Source: Lama glama
Taxonomy: Eukaryota
Length of the DNA stretch: 64,000 nucleotides
Direction: 5' to 3'
Assembly (NCBI GenBank): GCA_028534125.1
Contig: CM052816.1
Span: 67,086,001 to 67,150,000 of the forward strand
This document shows positions 13,785-27,223 of this stretch, piece after piece (position 1 is the first letter of the stretch; each line of letters begins with the position of its first letter). The position numbers were made by a program, and so were the translations under genes. Below the pieces are notes generated by a model. That model was not told the DNA's origin and did not search any database. It saw only the letters and a list, made by a program, of their open reading frames with translations.

Positions 13785-13890
13785 CTGTTGGCACATGGTG
13801 CCCTTCCTTTTGTTAGACAACAATCCCAGTGCTCATTTGTCATCATGAAAATAGATGTTTCATTTCTGTGTCATCAAAGTCTCATTCAAC
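13785..13890 (-). other. Candidate internal exon (106 nt)
   Basis: Minus strand: atttatatttatag|GTTGAATGAG...CACCATGTGCCAACAG|gtaagtaa. Consensus donor. Stops occur in all three frames, so it is UTR or lncRNA-like. Confidence 0.45.
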
Positions 13891-14520
13891 CTATAAATAT
13901 AAATACTACTGAACAGAAACTTCATGAAGAAGTTGGATAGATAAGTTTAGAATAAGGTTGAAAGGACATTGCCTAGCTTGGAAAAAAAAAAGGATCCTTC
14001 AAAGAATATTCATTGGAAACATAAATGAGAATTTATATTAATACATATTCCCAGCATTTGTATAGTTCTGGTAGAATCCTAGAACCAGACTGAAACCTAT
14101 GAATGAGTATCCCAGAAGGTCGCCTACTTATGGGTATGAAGCAGACAAGTTCAACGGCAGGTAGGCTAAGATGAAAGCAGATATCCAGAACAATGAGGGT
14201 AATAAAAGAAGAATGTTATTTGACTGAACTCTTCCAAGCATTTATCAGTCACATATTGGGACTCTTGTTGCAGCCAAAATCTTCATCATTTTTTCGCCTG
14301 CTACCATGAGTTTTTGCACATTTCATAACTGTTCCCTGAACTATTGTAAACTCATTGTTTTCTCTCTTTCATTCTGCAATCCTACATGTTATCTATGGCC
14401 AGATTATTTTTTCTACAGTTTGCTATATTCATGTCACTCCTTCACCCAAAATGGTCATTGTGTCTCTACAGCAATTTTATCCATCAATCAATCTATGTGA
14501 AGAAAGCAGAGCCAATAGAA

Positions 14521-14567
14521 ATTATTATCATCATCATCATTATTATCATCATCATCATCATTATCAT
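14521..14567. repeat. (ATC/ATT)n trinucleotide repeat
   Basis: Seen directly. It explains the spurious poly-His and poly-Ile ORFs. Confidence 0.95.
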
Positions 14568-14974
14568 ATGAAAACAGCAAGTCTACTTTCCTCTTGGTCT
14601 GCCTTTCCAAGATGCTGTCCTGAGTCGTGAGAGGTAAACCTCTCCACTGAGTGTAACTCAACCCTCGTTTTCCTCCTCCCCCACCAGATATTTTATTATT
14701 TACAGCCTACATATTCTCTTTACTCAGTCTTCAAATGCAGAAATCTCCTCAAGCTTATCAATGCAGAGGAACTTTCTCCATTATATTTTGTCTAAGCACC
14801 ATGTAGGGTTTTTTTTCCTATTAATTTCTTTCACTGCCATAAGTGTACTAAAATCTTCCGTCCCATTTCTCCTTCTCCAATTTTCTCACTAATTCACTGG
14901 ACTCTGACTTTCACCATCAACCATCTACTGCAACTACTCTTTCTTTTTGAAAGTGTCTCATCCTTTAAGAAAGA

Positions 14975-15960
14975 CTCTCCAAAGTAGAGTGTAAGCACCC
15001 AGGAGATGAGCAACAATAAGCTGAAGAATGGGAAAACTATTAGAATTTCTATTTATATATTTTATTCTACAAGAACATAAAAAAGTAGGCTCTGATATTA
15101 TTTAATATATGGATAATATGATATGTATGTGTGTGTGTATGTATACACACACATGCACACACACAGAAAGTAGGAAGGGGTTAGTCAGCATGCTAATCAC
15201 ATGCTAATTACAAATATAAAAATGGTAACTTTAGGATAAAAGTGACATTAAATAATGAGTGAGAAATTAGCTGCTTTTAAAGGAAATAGGTGCTGCTGTA
15301 GAGAAAGCATATTGAAATTGAATGTTTAGAAATCATTACATAATTATGCATGATTCATTCATTATATGATATTGGTGCCAAAATATTTTAAGTATGTTAC
15401 TTATATATCCTTTTACCTCTGCACCCTAAAAGCAATTGAAAATATAATTTTAATGTTTTTTAAATCTTCCAAAGAAATGTGTTGAGTTTGTTTTATATAA
15501 AAATGGACCACCACTCAGAGTACAAGAACAATTTGTTGATAACTTTGTTGACATTTGGGACAAAGTCAGTTTTCAAAATTTTCTTATCAGGAATCTTTTA
15601 AAACTCACAAAATGAATTTTGGCAAAGAACTTTGTAATAAATAGGAATGAAAAATCAGATCATAATTTAATAAGTGTAATAACCACTAAAGAGTTTGCTA
15701 GGTTCTTCATATTTTTGTGATACATCTTTTCACCTGAACACCATTAAAACCAAGTATCAAATTAAAGGAACTCAGGTTTAAGTTTAAATTCCTATATGAA
15801 GCCTTCTCAGAATTAGATTTGTTTCCAGTTATCTATCCCCTCTCTAAAATTAAAAAAAATTATACAATTTCAAGCTTTATTATAGATGAAACTACAATTT
15901 GTGTAATTCTTTAATTTTATAAATTTTTATTGTAATCTTGTATTGCAATACCACATGAGT
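14975..15960 (+). mobile_element. hAT-Charlie-type DNA transposon remnant
   Basis: tcttcatatttttgtgatacatctttt...accattaaaaccaagtatcaaattaaa resembles the hAT C-terminal S-Y-L-C-E-x-x-F-S...I-K-T-K-Y-R dimerisation motif. Confidence 0.5.
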
Positions 15961-16044
15961 ACCCAGGTTTGGAAGGATATGACAGATTTCAGAAAGAAAA
16001 GTTTTGGGAGGGGAAGTTACAGAGCATCAGGGACTGAGTTTTCT

Positions 16045-16490
16045 TAAGCTTTTAATAAGCATCTTTGACCGCAAGCAAAAGAATCTAACTCAAACTGATT
16101 TGGGGGGAAAAATTAGAAAAATATTAATCCACATCACTAGGAAATCCCAAGGCTATCTCTAGATTTAGGGGCTCTAAAATGTCATCAAGACTTTCAATCT
16201 TGTGGTTCCATTTATCTCTGTGTCTTGGGCTGATTTGTCCAACAGGTTTTTCGCATATACCAGGGAAGAACCACTTTCAGCTCAAGTCTGTCTTCTAGGG
16301 TTTGATCCAAATGGAAGAAAGGTTTTCTCTTCTAGTGCCCACATACCAGGGAAGAATTCTACTGGCTGTACTTGACACAAGTTTGCTCCTGGATCGATCA
16401 CTGGGCTAGTGTGCTGAGTTCTGGGATTATCCAGCATGGATGATGTACTCTTGTGGTAGATATTTAGAGAGCAGCACTGTTGAGTGAGGA
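16045..16490 (-). mobile_element. Old MaLR LTR (MLT1-type)
   Basis: gcaagcaaaagaatctaactcaaactg start and ctggctgtacttgacacaagtt...tggatcgatcactg are typical of antisense old MLT1. Confidence 0.4.
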
Positions 16491-19400
16491 GGAAGCTTTC
16501 GTTGCCTTAAATCATAGAGCCAACCATCAATTGCATCTGTTTGTAAAACTGGTTACTCCCAAATTCATAAAATAATTGCATTTATAATTTAGGAAACCAC
16601 TTCTGTATAGGATGTCACTGAGGTCACTGCTCTTTATTTTTATGCCAATTTTCATATAACATAAGAAGAAAGAGTGAAATGGGAATGGGAAAACAGGCCT
16701 GACACCTGTGCCAGCTGCCTTTTAACAGTGGATTATTGTGGTTTTCAGGGTAAATGGCAAGTGCAGGTTAGAGCATTATCCTGCCACTTCTTGAGCAAAG
16801 ACATTATGTTGTCACTACTCTTCACCTGGAGCAGTCACATGTCACAGTGATGCACCACTACTAACAGGAATATGAAGGGTATCACTTGCCTTTCTATGCC
16901 CTTGCCTTATATGCTCATTTACCTTGGGTCCATGAAAAGTCAGGCCTGATATTTTTCCTTAGTTTTAATTCCTCCTTTAGCTTACTCAGTACCTTTTACT
17001 TAGGAAACTGACAAAAACACACTAAGAACCTGTTGAACATGAATATTCAGGCATTGCAATATAAACAAAGTTTAAAACAATGATTTGAAATTACAAGAAA
17101 TATGAATTCCAAAACTGTAATTTCAGCCTACTATATCTGTTACGTGGGACAGGGCTTGATGTTAGCGAAATGTTTTAATAAAAAAAACAATGAATACATG
17201 TCATTAATAACACATACTAGCAATGCTTGAACATAAATAGAATCCTGGACAAATCCCATGATGTTTTATATAACTTTTCAAAACAAAATAGAATGATTTG
17301 GGTTTAGTTCTTATGTTTTTAATTTATTATACAAACAAAGGCTACCTTAGCATTGAACCTCTGATCGTGGCTAATAAGTAGAACAAATAAAAATATTTTT
17401 CCCAAAAGATGTACTTTTTTGTACCCAGAAGAATTTTCCCTAATAAAAACTATGGAAAACAAAAGCCATTCTGCCAGAATTTAAAATCACAGTTTTCCAG
17501 GCCTGAGTTCATTTTCTTAACAAAGATTAGGGTTTCTCTTTTACAAAGGGTGTATTTGCTATTTACAGTTTGATCTTTAAAAACACCTCCACATTAAAAT
17601 ATCAGTATCTAATTGGACTTCCTGTTAAATTGTAAGCATTAATCACAGGTCTCTTAATCACGCCTTCCTCTGCTTTTATGACACCTCTAAGATACAGCAA
17701 GTCTCATGTTTTGTTCATCTAAAGTTAGCCTTCCTTCCATTGGATTAAGTTCTCCGGGCCATGGGGGTCTATGAATTTTACTGAAGTCTAAGCACTTGAT
17801 CCCACAGAGATGGCCCAAAACAATCCAAGGAAGCCATGGCAGAGTGGAGAATGTGTACCTTTCAGTCTGAAGATCATGGGTCATCAGAGACCAAAATCAT
17901 TTTCCCACAACCTGTGACTTCAGAGAATGAAGCCTTATTTGCCACACTGAGGGGGTAACTGGCCCTATTATTCTCAGTTTCTTTTCTGTTTAGATTAAGT
18001 TATAAACTCAAATCTCAGTCAGAGATGTTGCCCCTGGATCTTGGAAAAGATATGGTGAGTGGTATATATGGAATGAAGACAAAAAGCTTTGCTATTCTAG
18101 TCAAAATGAGGGTGTAGGACTCTCTCACCAATAAAATTGGATGAGTTACTTATGAAAATAGTACAGTGAAAAATGAATACATCACTCTACAGAGTTCAGT
18201 GTGATATTCTATTAATAAACAGCATACAAACAATAAATGCAGTTTACTTTAAGGATTTTTTTTAATTAAGAGGGGAAAAATAATACTAACATAAAGATTC
18301 CCTCTCTTCCACTTCAAAGAGTAATCAATTATTAAAAAAAAAGTTGACTTTGGCCTCTGCTTTCCATCCAAACACACTTACTCTATCTCATGGCTGGCAA
18401 GTGACTAGACTCCATCCTCCCCGCCTCAAAACTCAACGCAAGGAAAAGTTAACTGGATAGGAAGTTTTTAAGAGATAAGTTTTGAGGGTTGACAAATGAA
18501 CAGCCCTGCACAATAGAAAACTGTTACTTAGCTTGTAGCCATTTGACACGTAAGCATTTAAGATTCATTTTCTTCCTTTTTTCATGGCACGTCTAGCCAG
18601 CTATCAGACTGAACTAAGGATGTTATCTCGCCTCCCCAGCACTATGACTCCATGTCTAATTTCTGCTTCTCTGCACACCAGCACCCTGGGACTTTGTCAT
18701 CACTTTTGTTCTTCTCCAAACAAAACCAACCCCTGTCTGCCAGGCATTTGGTTAACACATTATATGTGCACATAATAAGATGTGCACTTTGTACAGATGC
18801 ATAAACCTAAAAAAAAAAGGCATTATCAGAACATCTTCCAGTTCAGCTACTTTAAGGCTGCTGTACTCCCGTATCACAAAGCCTGGCTATTTATACAACC
18901 CTGCATATGGAAGAATCATCCCTCCTGTGAGACTGCAGCCCAATATATGCAGAAGCCAAAATTATAGGCCCCAAATTTGAAATAACATTCATCCTGGCTT
19001 GTTTATCTTCCTTGAATAAATGCCAAGTTTATTAGTAATTTTTTAAGTCAGAAAGAAAACAAAACAATGTCGATTTGACAAGAGGATGTAAGGAAACAAG
19101 ATAAACAAGAAAAGCAGCCAATCTTAACTGAGAAGGTAAACCTGCCGGGCCAAGGCAGCTAAGGAACCGAGTGGAGGGCTGGGTATGCTACCCTGACTGT
19201 GCCACAACTTACATGGCTGAGTTCCTCACCATTCACAAATGCACCACAGAACAGAGGGAATGTGCATCTCAACTGGTAGCTGGAAAAAAGATACCCTCTA
19301 AAATTATTTTAAAACACTCTGAAGGAAAACGACAAAGAAAACGTATTTACTTAACTTTCTAAACCAAATGAAGAATTTACTTTTTAAATGGACCTGGTAG

Positions 19401-22400
19401 ATTACCCTTCTCCAAACAGTTTAGAGACCATGGAATCACTGGTGAGGTTTACTTTCACTAGCCCATAGGTGTTAGAGGTATCAATGCTTTCACTCTCCAC
19501 CTCTCCAGAAAGTGCAAGACAAAGGGGTTGGGTGTACTAGCTAGCATCCCATCTGGAAAAGGCAGAAAGGCAAAAAAGCACAGTGAACTCCTTGGTGTAG
19601 ATTTAATTTGGTCACAGGACTCCAGAGAGAAGGGCTGCTCTTTAAGGGATGTCTTTGGCTGAGATGCCTGGATCAAGAGCTGGGAGAGCTATCTAGCCAG
19701 GAGTCCAGATCCTACCTATCAGACACCAGCCTCTATTTCCACACAAGAGCCGCCAGGAGGACAAGGACCAGAAAGGCAGGGCAACAAAGGCTCATAAATT
19801 TCCTCTTCACTTAGTCTCCAAGGACTTCTCCCAATCTTGTGGGCCTGAAGCCTTCTGATAGGAACGAATCAGAGCCAGGCATCTCTGTCCTGTAGGGAAT
19901 TTACTGTTCATGATGCAGCCACAAAGGATGTTGGTTCTAGGTTTTGTATGCAACCTAATCCCTAGTCTCCAGACTACGTGGCTTCATCAGCAAGAGCAAA
20001 GGTAAAAATTTCCACCATCTGTCACTCAAACAGGAAATCATTTTATATTTTTACCTGAAAGGACACTGTTACATAGGAATTGGTGTGAGCATGTGGAGCC
20101 CCCTTCCTCTCTGCCTTCTCCTTGCCATGGGCACCACTCATTTCCAACCCCCTTGGATTTGCACCTGCTCAGAACTAGTGTTCTGATGGAGAGGACAGAC
20201 AGATCTTTCATTCAGGAACCATGGACCCTGTCAGTTTCCTTGTTTGGGGCACTTTCCTGGCATATGAAACATTGGAAGGCTGCCTGCCACTCCACAGGTC
20301 ACCAGACCCCTGTTCCACTGCTCAGAGCATGCGTTACATTCAAACTGCTCCTGCAATTTCTGGCAAGAAGGGCATGGGCACTGTCCTGCTGGCTGGACTT
20401 GAGGAAGCAGGGCAGTTGGGTGAGCCTGCCTCTGTAACATTTTTCCGTATAAGAAGCTGATATGTCGCTGTGACTTTTTTTTTCCCAGGATCTCTTTAGG
20501 CAGAGAACAATTTCTCTAGCTACAAAGACCAATTTATTAGATTCAAGGGAAAGATGTACAAATCATTATAGGCTATCAGAATGACATATTATGGTGTGTA
20601 CACGTATATGTGTGTGTATAAATATTTTCCTTCCCATTTCTACATTATTTTTGAGGGTAAATATATAGAATAAACACATTATCGTCAATGACACATCATT
20701 TGTGGAGATCCATTTAAAGCAAAATGAGGCCAGAGAATGGGTACCATTCTGCTCTGTAAAGACCCACTAGCACAAGGCGGACAGATTCACATTCATTCAC
20801 TGCCATTTGTGACTTGGAATTACTCATGCTCGCCTGATTCCTGGTGAGTCATCAGCTGAACTCCAGGCGTGATAATACAGCCTCTGCATTTCCAGGGGGT
20901 TCCAGTGTGGGTCATGCAGAGGCCAGCAGACTGTCAAAAGTCACACTCTCCTTCCCTGGCTGCCTCTTAAAAATACCTTGGGAATGTCTGTCTAGAAGGA
21001 TTAAGGTCACTCTGATTGATACCTTATTTAAAAAAAGCAAAACAAAACTCCATTTACCTCAAAAGATGAACAGCCTGTAACAGATATCAATGAGAAGTAA
21101 GAACACAAACTCAAACGCTGATTATTAGATTTCTCAACTAGGAAACATCATATGCTACCTATTCAACCATGAAGAAGGCAGGAATTCATTTCCACACTAA
21201 CCTCTTAGCTTAGGCAAGCCACTTAGTTTCTAATTGGCTCACTTTTCCTGCTAAAGACAGAAATACTGATTCTCTATCTTTCTAATAATAAAGTTACCAC
21301 ATTGCAGCTCTGGAGACCTGTGAGGTCACTAAGCTCAGACCTCACTGAGGACAGCACAGTGCTGCAATTATGCCACCCAAGACAGACAGACGCTTGTCTG
21401 TTTTCTAAGGCATCCAGGGAAAGAGTTTGCAAACACTCTTAGTAATGTAATCTAGACCTCAGAGCTTTGCCTCTACTAGCTAGAAAGTTGCCTCATGCAA
21501 CTGAAGCTCATTCTCCTGGTGTTCCTAGGAGACCATGGAAAATAGCTGGTAATTACGCAGGATGCAAATAATTTCTGAATTGGTGTCACAACCAGTTCAA
21601 GGGTGAAAAATTAATCAACTACTTGTTTTATCCAACCTATAATCTCCCACCATTATTTGACTAGATTTCTTTCCCGGACTCATTTTGTCATTTAAGACCG
21701 TGTTTACCTATACTCAACATTGATTCAGTCCAGATCATAAATCAAACATAAATTTTCCTTAGTTTTATATAAGCGAACATGTGGAATTTATTATTTCTAG
21801 TATTATTATATAGACCAAATAGCTGAATCATGATGATTCAACCTAAGACACTCCTGTTGCTAACTCCAAATCAAACTTTTCCTAAAAGTCATCACAATGA
21901 AATGTTCTGACCTTTTTCTAAATTAAATCTTTGATCACAATAGTAACAATGGAACAACATGTAGCTACTTGGTCTTACAAGTTTTGCAGTAATCCTTCTT
22001 GATCCTTTCCTCAAGATATCTTACCTAAGCTTTCTCTCACTCAAGCAGTGCAACCTGAGTTACATCTTAAGAGGAAAGGAATACTTCATAATTGAGTAAT
22101 ACCTCCTACCCAAGTGTGGAGAAAACACTTCAGATAATAGAACTAATGTGTTACAAGAGGCATCGTGAGTTTTTTTATTCAACTTACTGCCCAATGAAGG
22201 ATTCCCTTTAAATATCCCTGTGAAGGCAACTCTACAGCTTCCCCATGAGGCTGAAAGTCCACAGCCTTAGACGCAATTTGTCTCTGTTTAAAATTTGAAT
22301 TTATTGAAAGCACATAAGTTGTGCTCTTATCTGACGATGTTAGACATTACTTCACAAGTGAAACACATATATGCTCCTCTTTCTAGGTTAAAGATTATTC

Positions 22401-23139
22401 TGTTTGTTTAAAAAAAACAGGAAACAAAAGATTTGTGTAATTCTGCTGTTTTATCCTTCTGTCATTTAGCATCCGTCCTAAGCCATAGATCCTTGCCAAT
22501 CTTTCATGTTATTTTTTCATTGGATACTTTTCCTTCTATTGTTGAATTATATTTCTTTATTCATTTGAGTTTATCAGAGAGCCCCTTACAGAAAGACATG
22601 GATTTTACTCACATATTCTTTCAATATTCACTGATTAGTTATTATGTGCTAGACATTGTCCTGATTTATCTGAATAAATTTCTCTTCTTAAGATGGTGAA
22701 TGCTATATATTATCAGAATTTCATTTTCAATAGCCTGTCAGTTCTCCTAAAAATCATTCCATTTTGAAGCCTCTAGCTACAAAATAATATCCACCTTTAA
22801 AAATTATTTCAATTTTTAAAAAAAAATTATTTATAAAAATCTAGCACTTCGTTTTCACATAATTATTGGTGAAAACTTCAGTATTAGTATATCGGTATAA
22901 ACTAAATTGGGATAAACTTTAAGATGACTAAGACATTTACTCCAAGTTTCTGTCTCTTCTATTTCAGTAAGGTTTTATTTATTTAGTTGGTTAGTTCTTC
23001 CTTGATCTGGTTAATCTGGCCCAGATTAGCCAAGAATAATAAACCCTTTCCCTTGTACCCGCAAATTTTGCTGAAAGCAATTTGTAGGTAGAACAAATTA
23101 AGATTTTATCAGGTGCTCTGATTTGAAAGCAATGAGTAT

Positions 23140-23960
23140 ACCTGTCAGTATCTGGGCAGGAAACAAACAGCACACTAAAAGTGGGTGATTAAACAGGGTT
23201 TAGTGAAAAGACTCTTACAAAAGGTGTGGGTAGTGTCTTGAGGGGAATGGAGTCAGAGATGAAGATTTCCTTGTAGGAAGTTTATTGGGGTGTGTCCTTG
23301 GGAGCAACATGTGTGAGGGTGAAGGAAGCAGGATTGGGCAAAAGTAGGCATTCAATCCTGATGCAATCACAACAAAGGTTTTGGTCCATCCCACAGGGAG
23401 CTCTTCAAAACCGTACTTTTTAAGCAGGAGAGCCAGTTATTTGCCCTCTCCACGTAGACCGTTCATTGAATGCTGGCTACTTTCTGGGGAACTTGGCCAA
23501 GATGGTTCTCTTTGACTAAGGGATTCCCTCAGCAGTGGGTAGACTGAGTGCCTCAGTGCCGCCAGGGCCCGTGCAGGGCACACCACACCATCCTTACAGA
23601 CAAGCTGGTGCAGCAACTCAGAGTTAGCAACACAGATGAATGGAGGACTCATTCCCACCTCTGGGCCTGAAAGGACAGGGAATGGAGTGATTACCAGAAA
23701 CACTGAGATCTATAACTGTAGGAGAGGGCCCCTCTACAGGAGCTGTGACATTCGATGCAGGAACCCAGGCACCAGCAGCCAGGGGCCTGACAGAGCAGGC
23801 ACTACCACAACTTCTCTTTCCTCTCACCCTCCAATTTCCTGCTGGTTTCTTCCACAGGCCAATCCCAAAAGAAAGCCAGAAGGCAAAAAGGCCTGTCCTT
23901 AGATTCCAGCCTCCCCAAGAACAGAGTAAGAAAGAAAAGGGTGGAGACTGGCACAGGAGA
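23140..23960 (-). mobile_element. LTR40-like ERVL LTR interrupted by an LTR16-like LTR (~23234-23597)
   Basis: cagcaggaaacagatggcacactc-like start (ggcaggaaacaaacagcacact...acaaaaggtgtggg). Inner element has gaagtttattggggtgtg...gaaggaagcaggattgggc...cccacagggagctct. Outer element resumes after ~23597. Confidence 0.55.
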
Positions 23961-24095
23961 AGTAGATTTAAAATATCCAGCACATTCAGACTTTCGGCTT
24001 ATAGTCTAGTTGTCAGAAATCTCTCATCAGGTCTATATTCAGTTAGAAGCAAATTAATTTTATTTCCCCAGCTTCCTTTAGCTTAAAACTCATAG

Positions 24096-24317
24096 TGTTC
24101 AGTCATTATGGAAAACAGTATGAAGATTCCTTAAAAAACTAAAGATAGACTTACCATATGATCCAGCAATCCCACTCCTGGGTATATATCTGGAAGGAAC
24201 TTTTATTTGAAAAGATACATACACCCCAGTGTTCATAGCAGCACTATTTACAAAATAGCCAAGACATGGAAACAACCTAAATGTCCATCAACAGATGACT
24301 GGATAAAGCAGATGTGA

Positions 24318-24363
<46 letters not shown>

Positions 24364-24840
24364 AATATTACTTAGCCATAAAAACGAATGAAATAATGCC
24401 ATTTGCAGCAACATGGATGGACCTAGAGATTATCATGTTAAGTAAAGTAAGTCAGACAAAGACAAATACTGTATGATATCACTTACATGTGGAATATTAA
24501 AAAAAGACACAAATGGTACAAATTCTATTTACAAACCAAAAACAGACTCACAGACATAGAAAAAAAAAACTTATGGTTACCAAAGGAGAAAGGGCAGGGA
24601 GGGATAAATTAGGCATTGGGGATTAATACACACACATTACTATATATAAAATAGATAAACAACAAGGGCCTACTGTATAGCACAGGATCTATATTCAACT
24701 TCTTGTAATAACATATAATGGAAAAGAATCTGAAAATAAAAAATATATATGAATGTATATGTATAATGGAATCACTTTACCGTACTCCTGCAACTAACAT
24801 TGTAAACCAACTACCCTTCAATAAAAATTGTTTTAAAAAA
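24096..24840 (+). mobile_element. 5'-truncated L1 (ORF2 C-terminus + 3'UTR) with TSD
   Basis: atggaaaacagtatg...taccatatgatccagcaatcccactcctgggtatatatc...gcagcaacatggatggacctagag. Ends aataaa and an A-rich tail. TSD cttaa[a/g]actca[t/c]ag at 24082-24095 and 24841-24854. Confidence 0.93.
24319..24361. repeat. (AC)n microsatellite inside the L1
   Basis: Seen directly. Confidence 0.97.
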
Positions 24841-25384
24841 CTTAAGACTCACAGAGACTTTCTTCAAGTACTGTCTATTGAAGCAAGCAGGTGGATTTAA
24901 TCTATGTTGATTTTCTTGTGAATTTTTCTAATGAGGGAGAAAATTTATGAATAATAACACCCAACATGGATTTATTTTCCCACATTTAAATCTCTAAAAT
25001 TGAATCTAAAGGGTCAGTTATATTTCACCATAAAATTGTTAAAATGTTCTAGTAACACAGTTTACTAACAATTATTCTGAGTATTCTACTCTGCTGAATG
25101 CTACAGAGTAAAAGAAATACCTAAGCGAAAAACAAGCAAATAAAGATAGAAGACAGTACCCAATGCAGTCAACTCAGTCATTGAGAAGTGGCATGGCGCT
25201 GCCTGGAGCATCATGGGAACCTCAGGAAGGGGTCAGAAATAGAAATTGCAGTACATGCCCTCCCCCTCTGCCAATCTTCTCTAGGAAGAGCATTTCAGAA
25301 AGAGCCATTTTTTAAATTGTATTCAATTAGCATCCATGTAGTGTCCCCTGCAGTTTTGAACACATTATACAGTACAGATAACAG

Positions 25385-25635
25385 GCTCTAAGTGTACATA
25401 GACTTAGAGCCAGACTACCTGGATATGAGTCATGGCTGTCTCACAAACTAGCTGTGAGAGCATAAGCAAGTTAGGAAACTTCTCTGTGCCCCAGTTTTCT
25501 CATCTCTATAATGGAGCTAACAATGGTTCCTATCACTGAGGTTTGTGGAGAGGATCAAATGAAACAAGATATATAGAGCACTGAAATCATGCCTCACATA
25601 GTATAAGTGCCCAATAAATACTACCCATTATCACT
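25385..25635 (+). mobile_element. MIR SINE, near full length
   Basis: Core actagctgtga...cttctctgtgccccagttttctcatctctataatggag and 3' gcctcacatagtataagtgcccaataaat. Confidence 0.85.
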
Positions 25636-25789
25636 AGTGTAATTACTCATTAATTTATTCAGCAAAGGCACTATCTTAAGTGCTGAGAATGCAATCTTTG
25701 TTTCCAATAATGATTGGTCCAGTGGGGAGGAAAGGACAGGGGTAGACAGGTAAACAGGCAGTTACTATTTAGCAGAATATACCAATAAC

Positions 25790-26190
25790 TTCTGTTTTAA
25801 ATCTCTCTTTTGAGTTCCAAACCGATAATGGACAGCTACCTACTTGAAAAGTCTAGATGAATGTCTCATATGCATCTCAGAAGTAAAGTTTTCAACAATG
25901 AATTCTTGTGTTTAGTTGTTCAACAAATCTCTTCCTCTTCCACTCTCCTCTTTTTAAGGAAATAGTATCTCTACTCACCAGTTTATTGCCCAGAAATCAG
26001 AGAGTTCTCCATGACCTTCCCCTCCCCATTAGCTGGCATAGAAAAATCCATCATAAGTCCTGTTGATTCTTTTGACAAAATACATGTCAAATATTTCCAT
26101 GTCCCTCCATTTATAACGCAGGTCACCATTATCTCTTTCTGAGATTATTACACTAAACTCCTATCTGGTATTTCTCCTAGCAGTTTTTGT
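25790..26190 (+). mobile_element. L2 fragment
   Basis: ctacctacttga...gatgaatgtctcatatgcatctca...catcataagtcctgttgattct...caccattatctct. Confidence 0.55.
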
Positions 26191-27196
26191 CATCCAAAGG
26201 GCAAAACAAAGGTAAACTTGAAAGGGTCAGGTTACCAAGAACTCTGCTAAAATGAGACAATATACTAAGAGAGGGCTATGATCAGATTTGGATCCCTGTT
26301 TTCAGGTTGAGGGTGATTTGTGGTTAGGGGGTGAAGGGAGAAGGCAAGGGAAATGGGGCTCAGAGGTAGGAGATAGGAAGCTGGTATTGCAGGCAGCATT
26401 TCACCTACAACCCAGAAAATCTTTTTTTTTAAGGCAAGTTTATTTCAGGGTCATCTTTAAAGATGTGTGATACACCAGCATTTTTGGTTCTGATGTGGTA
26501 TTTTCTATAAATTAATGTCAGGATATTATGTCCTTTGAAGAGATTCTGTATGTATTTCTTAAATCTATTGGTACAGAAGGAAAAAAAAGAGCAAAGAGAG
26601 TATGCCTGCAATGTGCTTTGGGGTCTCCAAGTATTTTATAATTACAGTGGAGTTCTTATTTTTAGAGGGCTTGCTTTCTGAAATTCAAATGTATCAGGTA
26701 ATCTGGTTTTAGTCCTTGAATTAAAGAAAGTCTTGTGCCCATAACTGATCCAAGGAGCCCTCTAATGATTCTGCCTAAACAGAGACCCTTTCCTATCATC
26801 AAATCAGATCTTGAAAATTTTAGGCTTTGACCCAATACGAAAATGTGCAGCAATTTGATCTTCACAGAAAGTGAATGTTACGTCACTATGGAGAGCCAAA
26901 ATAGTGAGAGGCACAGGACAAAAAAGAAAAAGGAAAGTAAAGACAAAAAAAGAGAAAAAGCACAGGAGGTTTTTGAGAGGGACTCTTAAGGAAGATCTTT
27001 ATATTTTACTATATGTCTTTAACTTACATTTGTCCTGTACTTCCACATTTTCTTTCAACAGAATAAAAATGAGAAGTGAATTAAAACCTCACAGAAAATA
27101 CACAGGACGACATTTCTTATTTTCTTATGAAAAGCCTGGTTAGTTGGCTATTGCCAATGAATTAAAGAATGTTTATGCCCTGCCAGATATTTCCAC

Positions 27197-27223
27197 TAAA
27201 ATAAATAAATAAATAAATAAATA
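27197..27223. repeat. (TAAA)n repeat
   Basis: Seen directly. Confidence 0.9.

Noticed and set aside
13773..13877. C/D-box snoRNA on the minus strand (two TGATGA and a downstream CTGA)
   Set aside because: No terminal stem and no recognisable rRNA-antisense element. The splice-site reading fits better.
14355..14630. Poly-His and poly-Ile ORFs
   Set aside because: Artefacts of the (ATC/ATT)n microsatellite.
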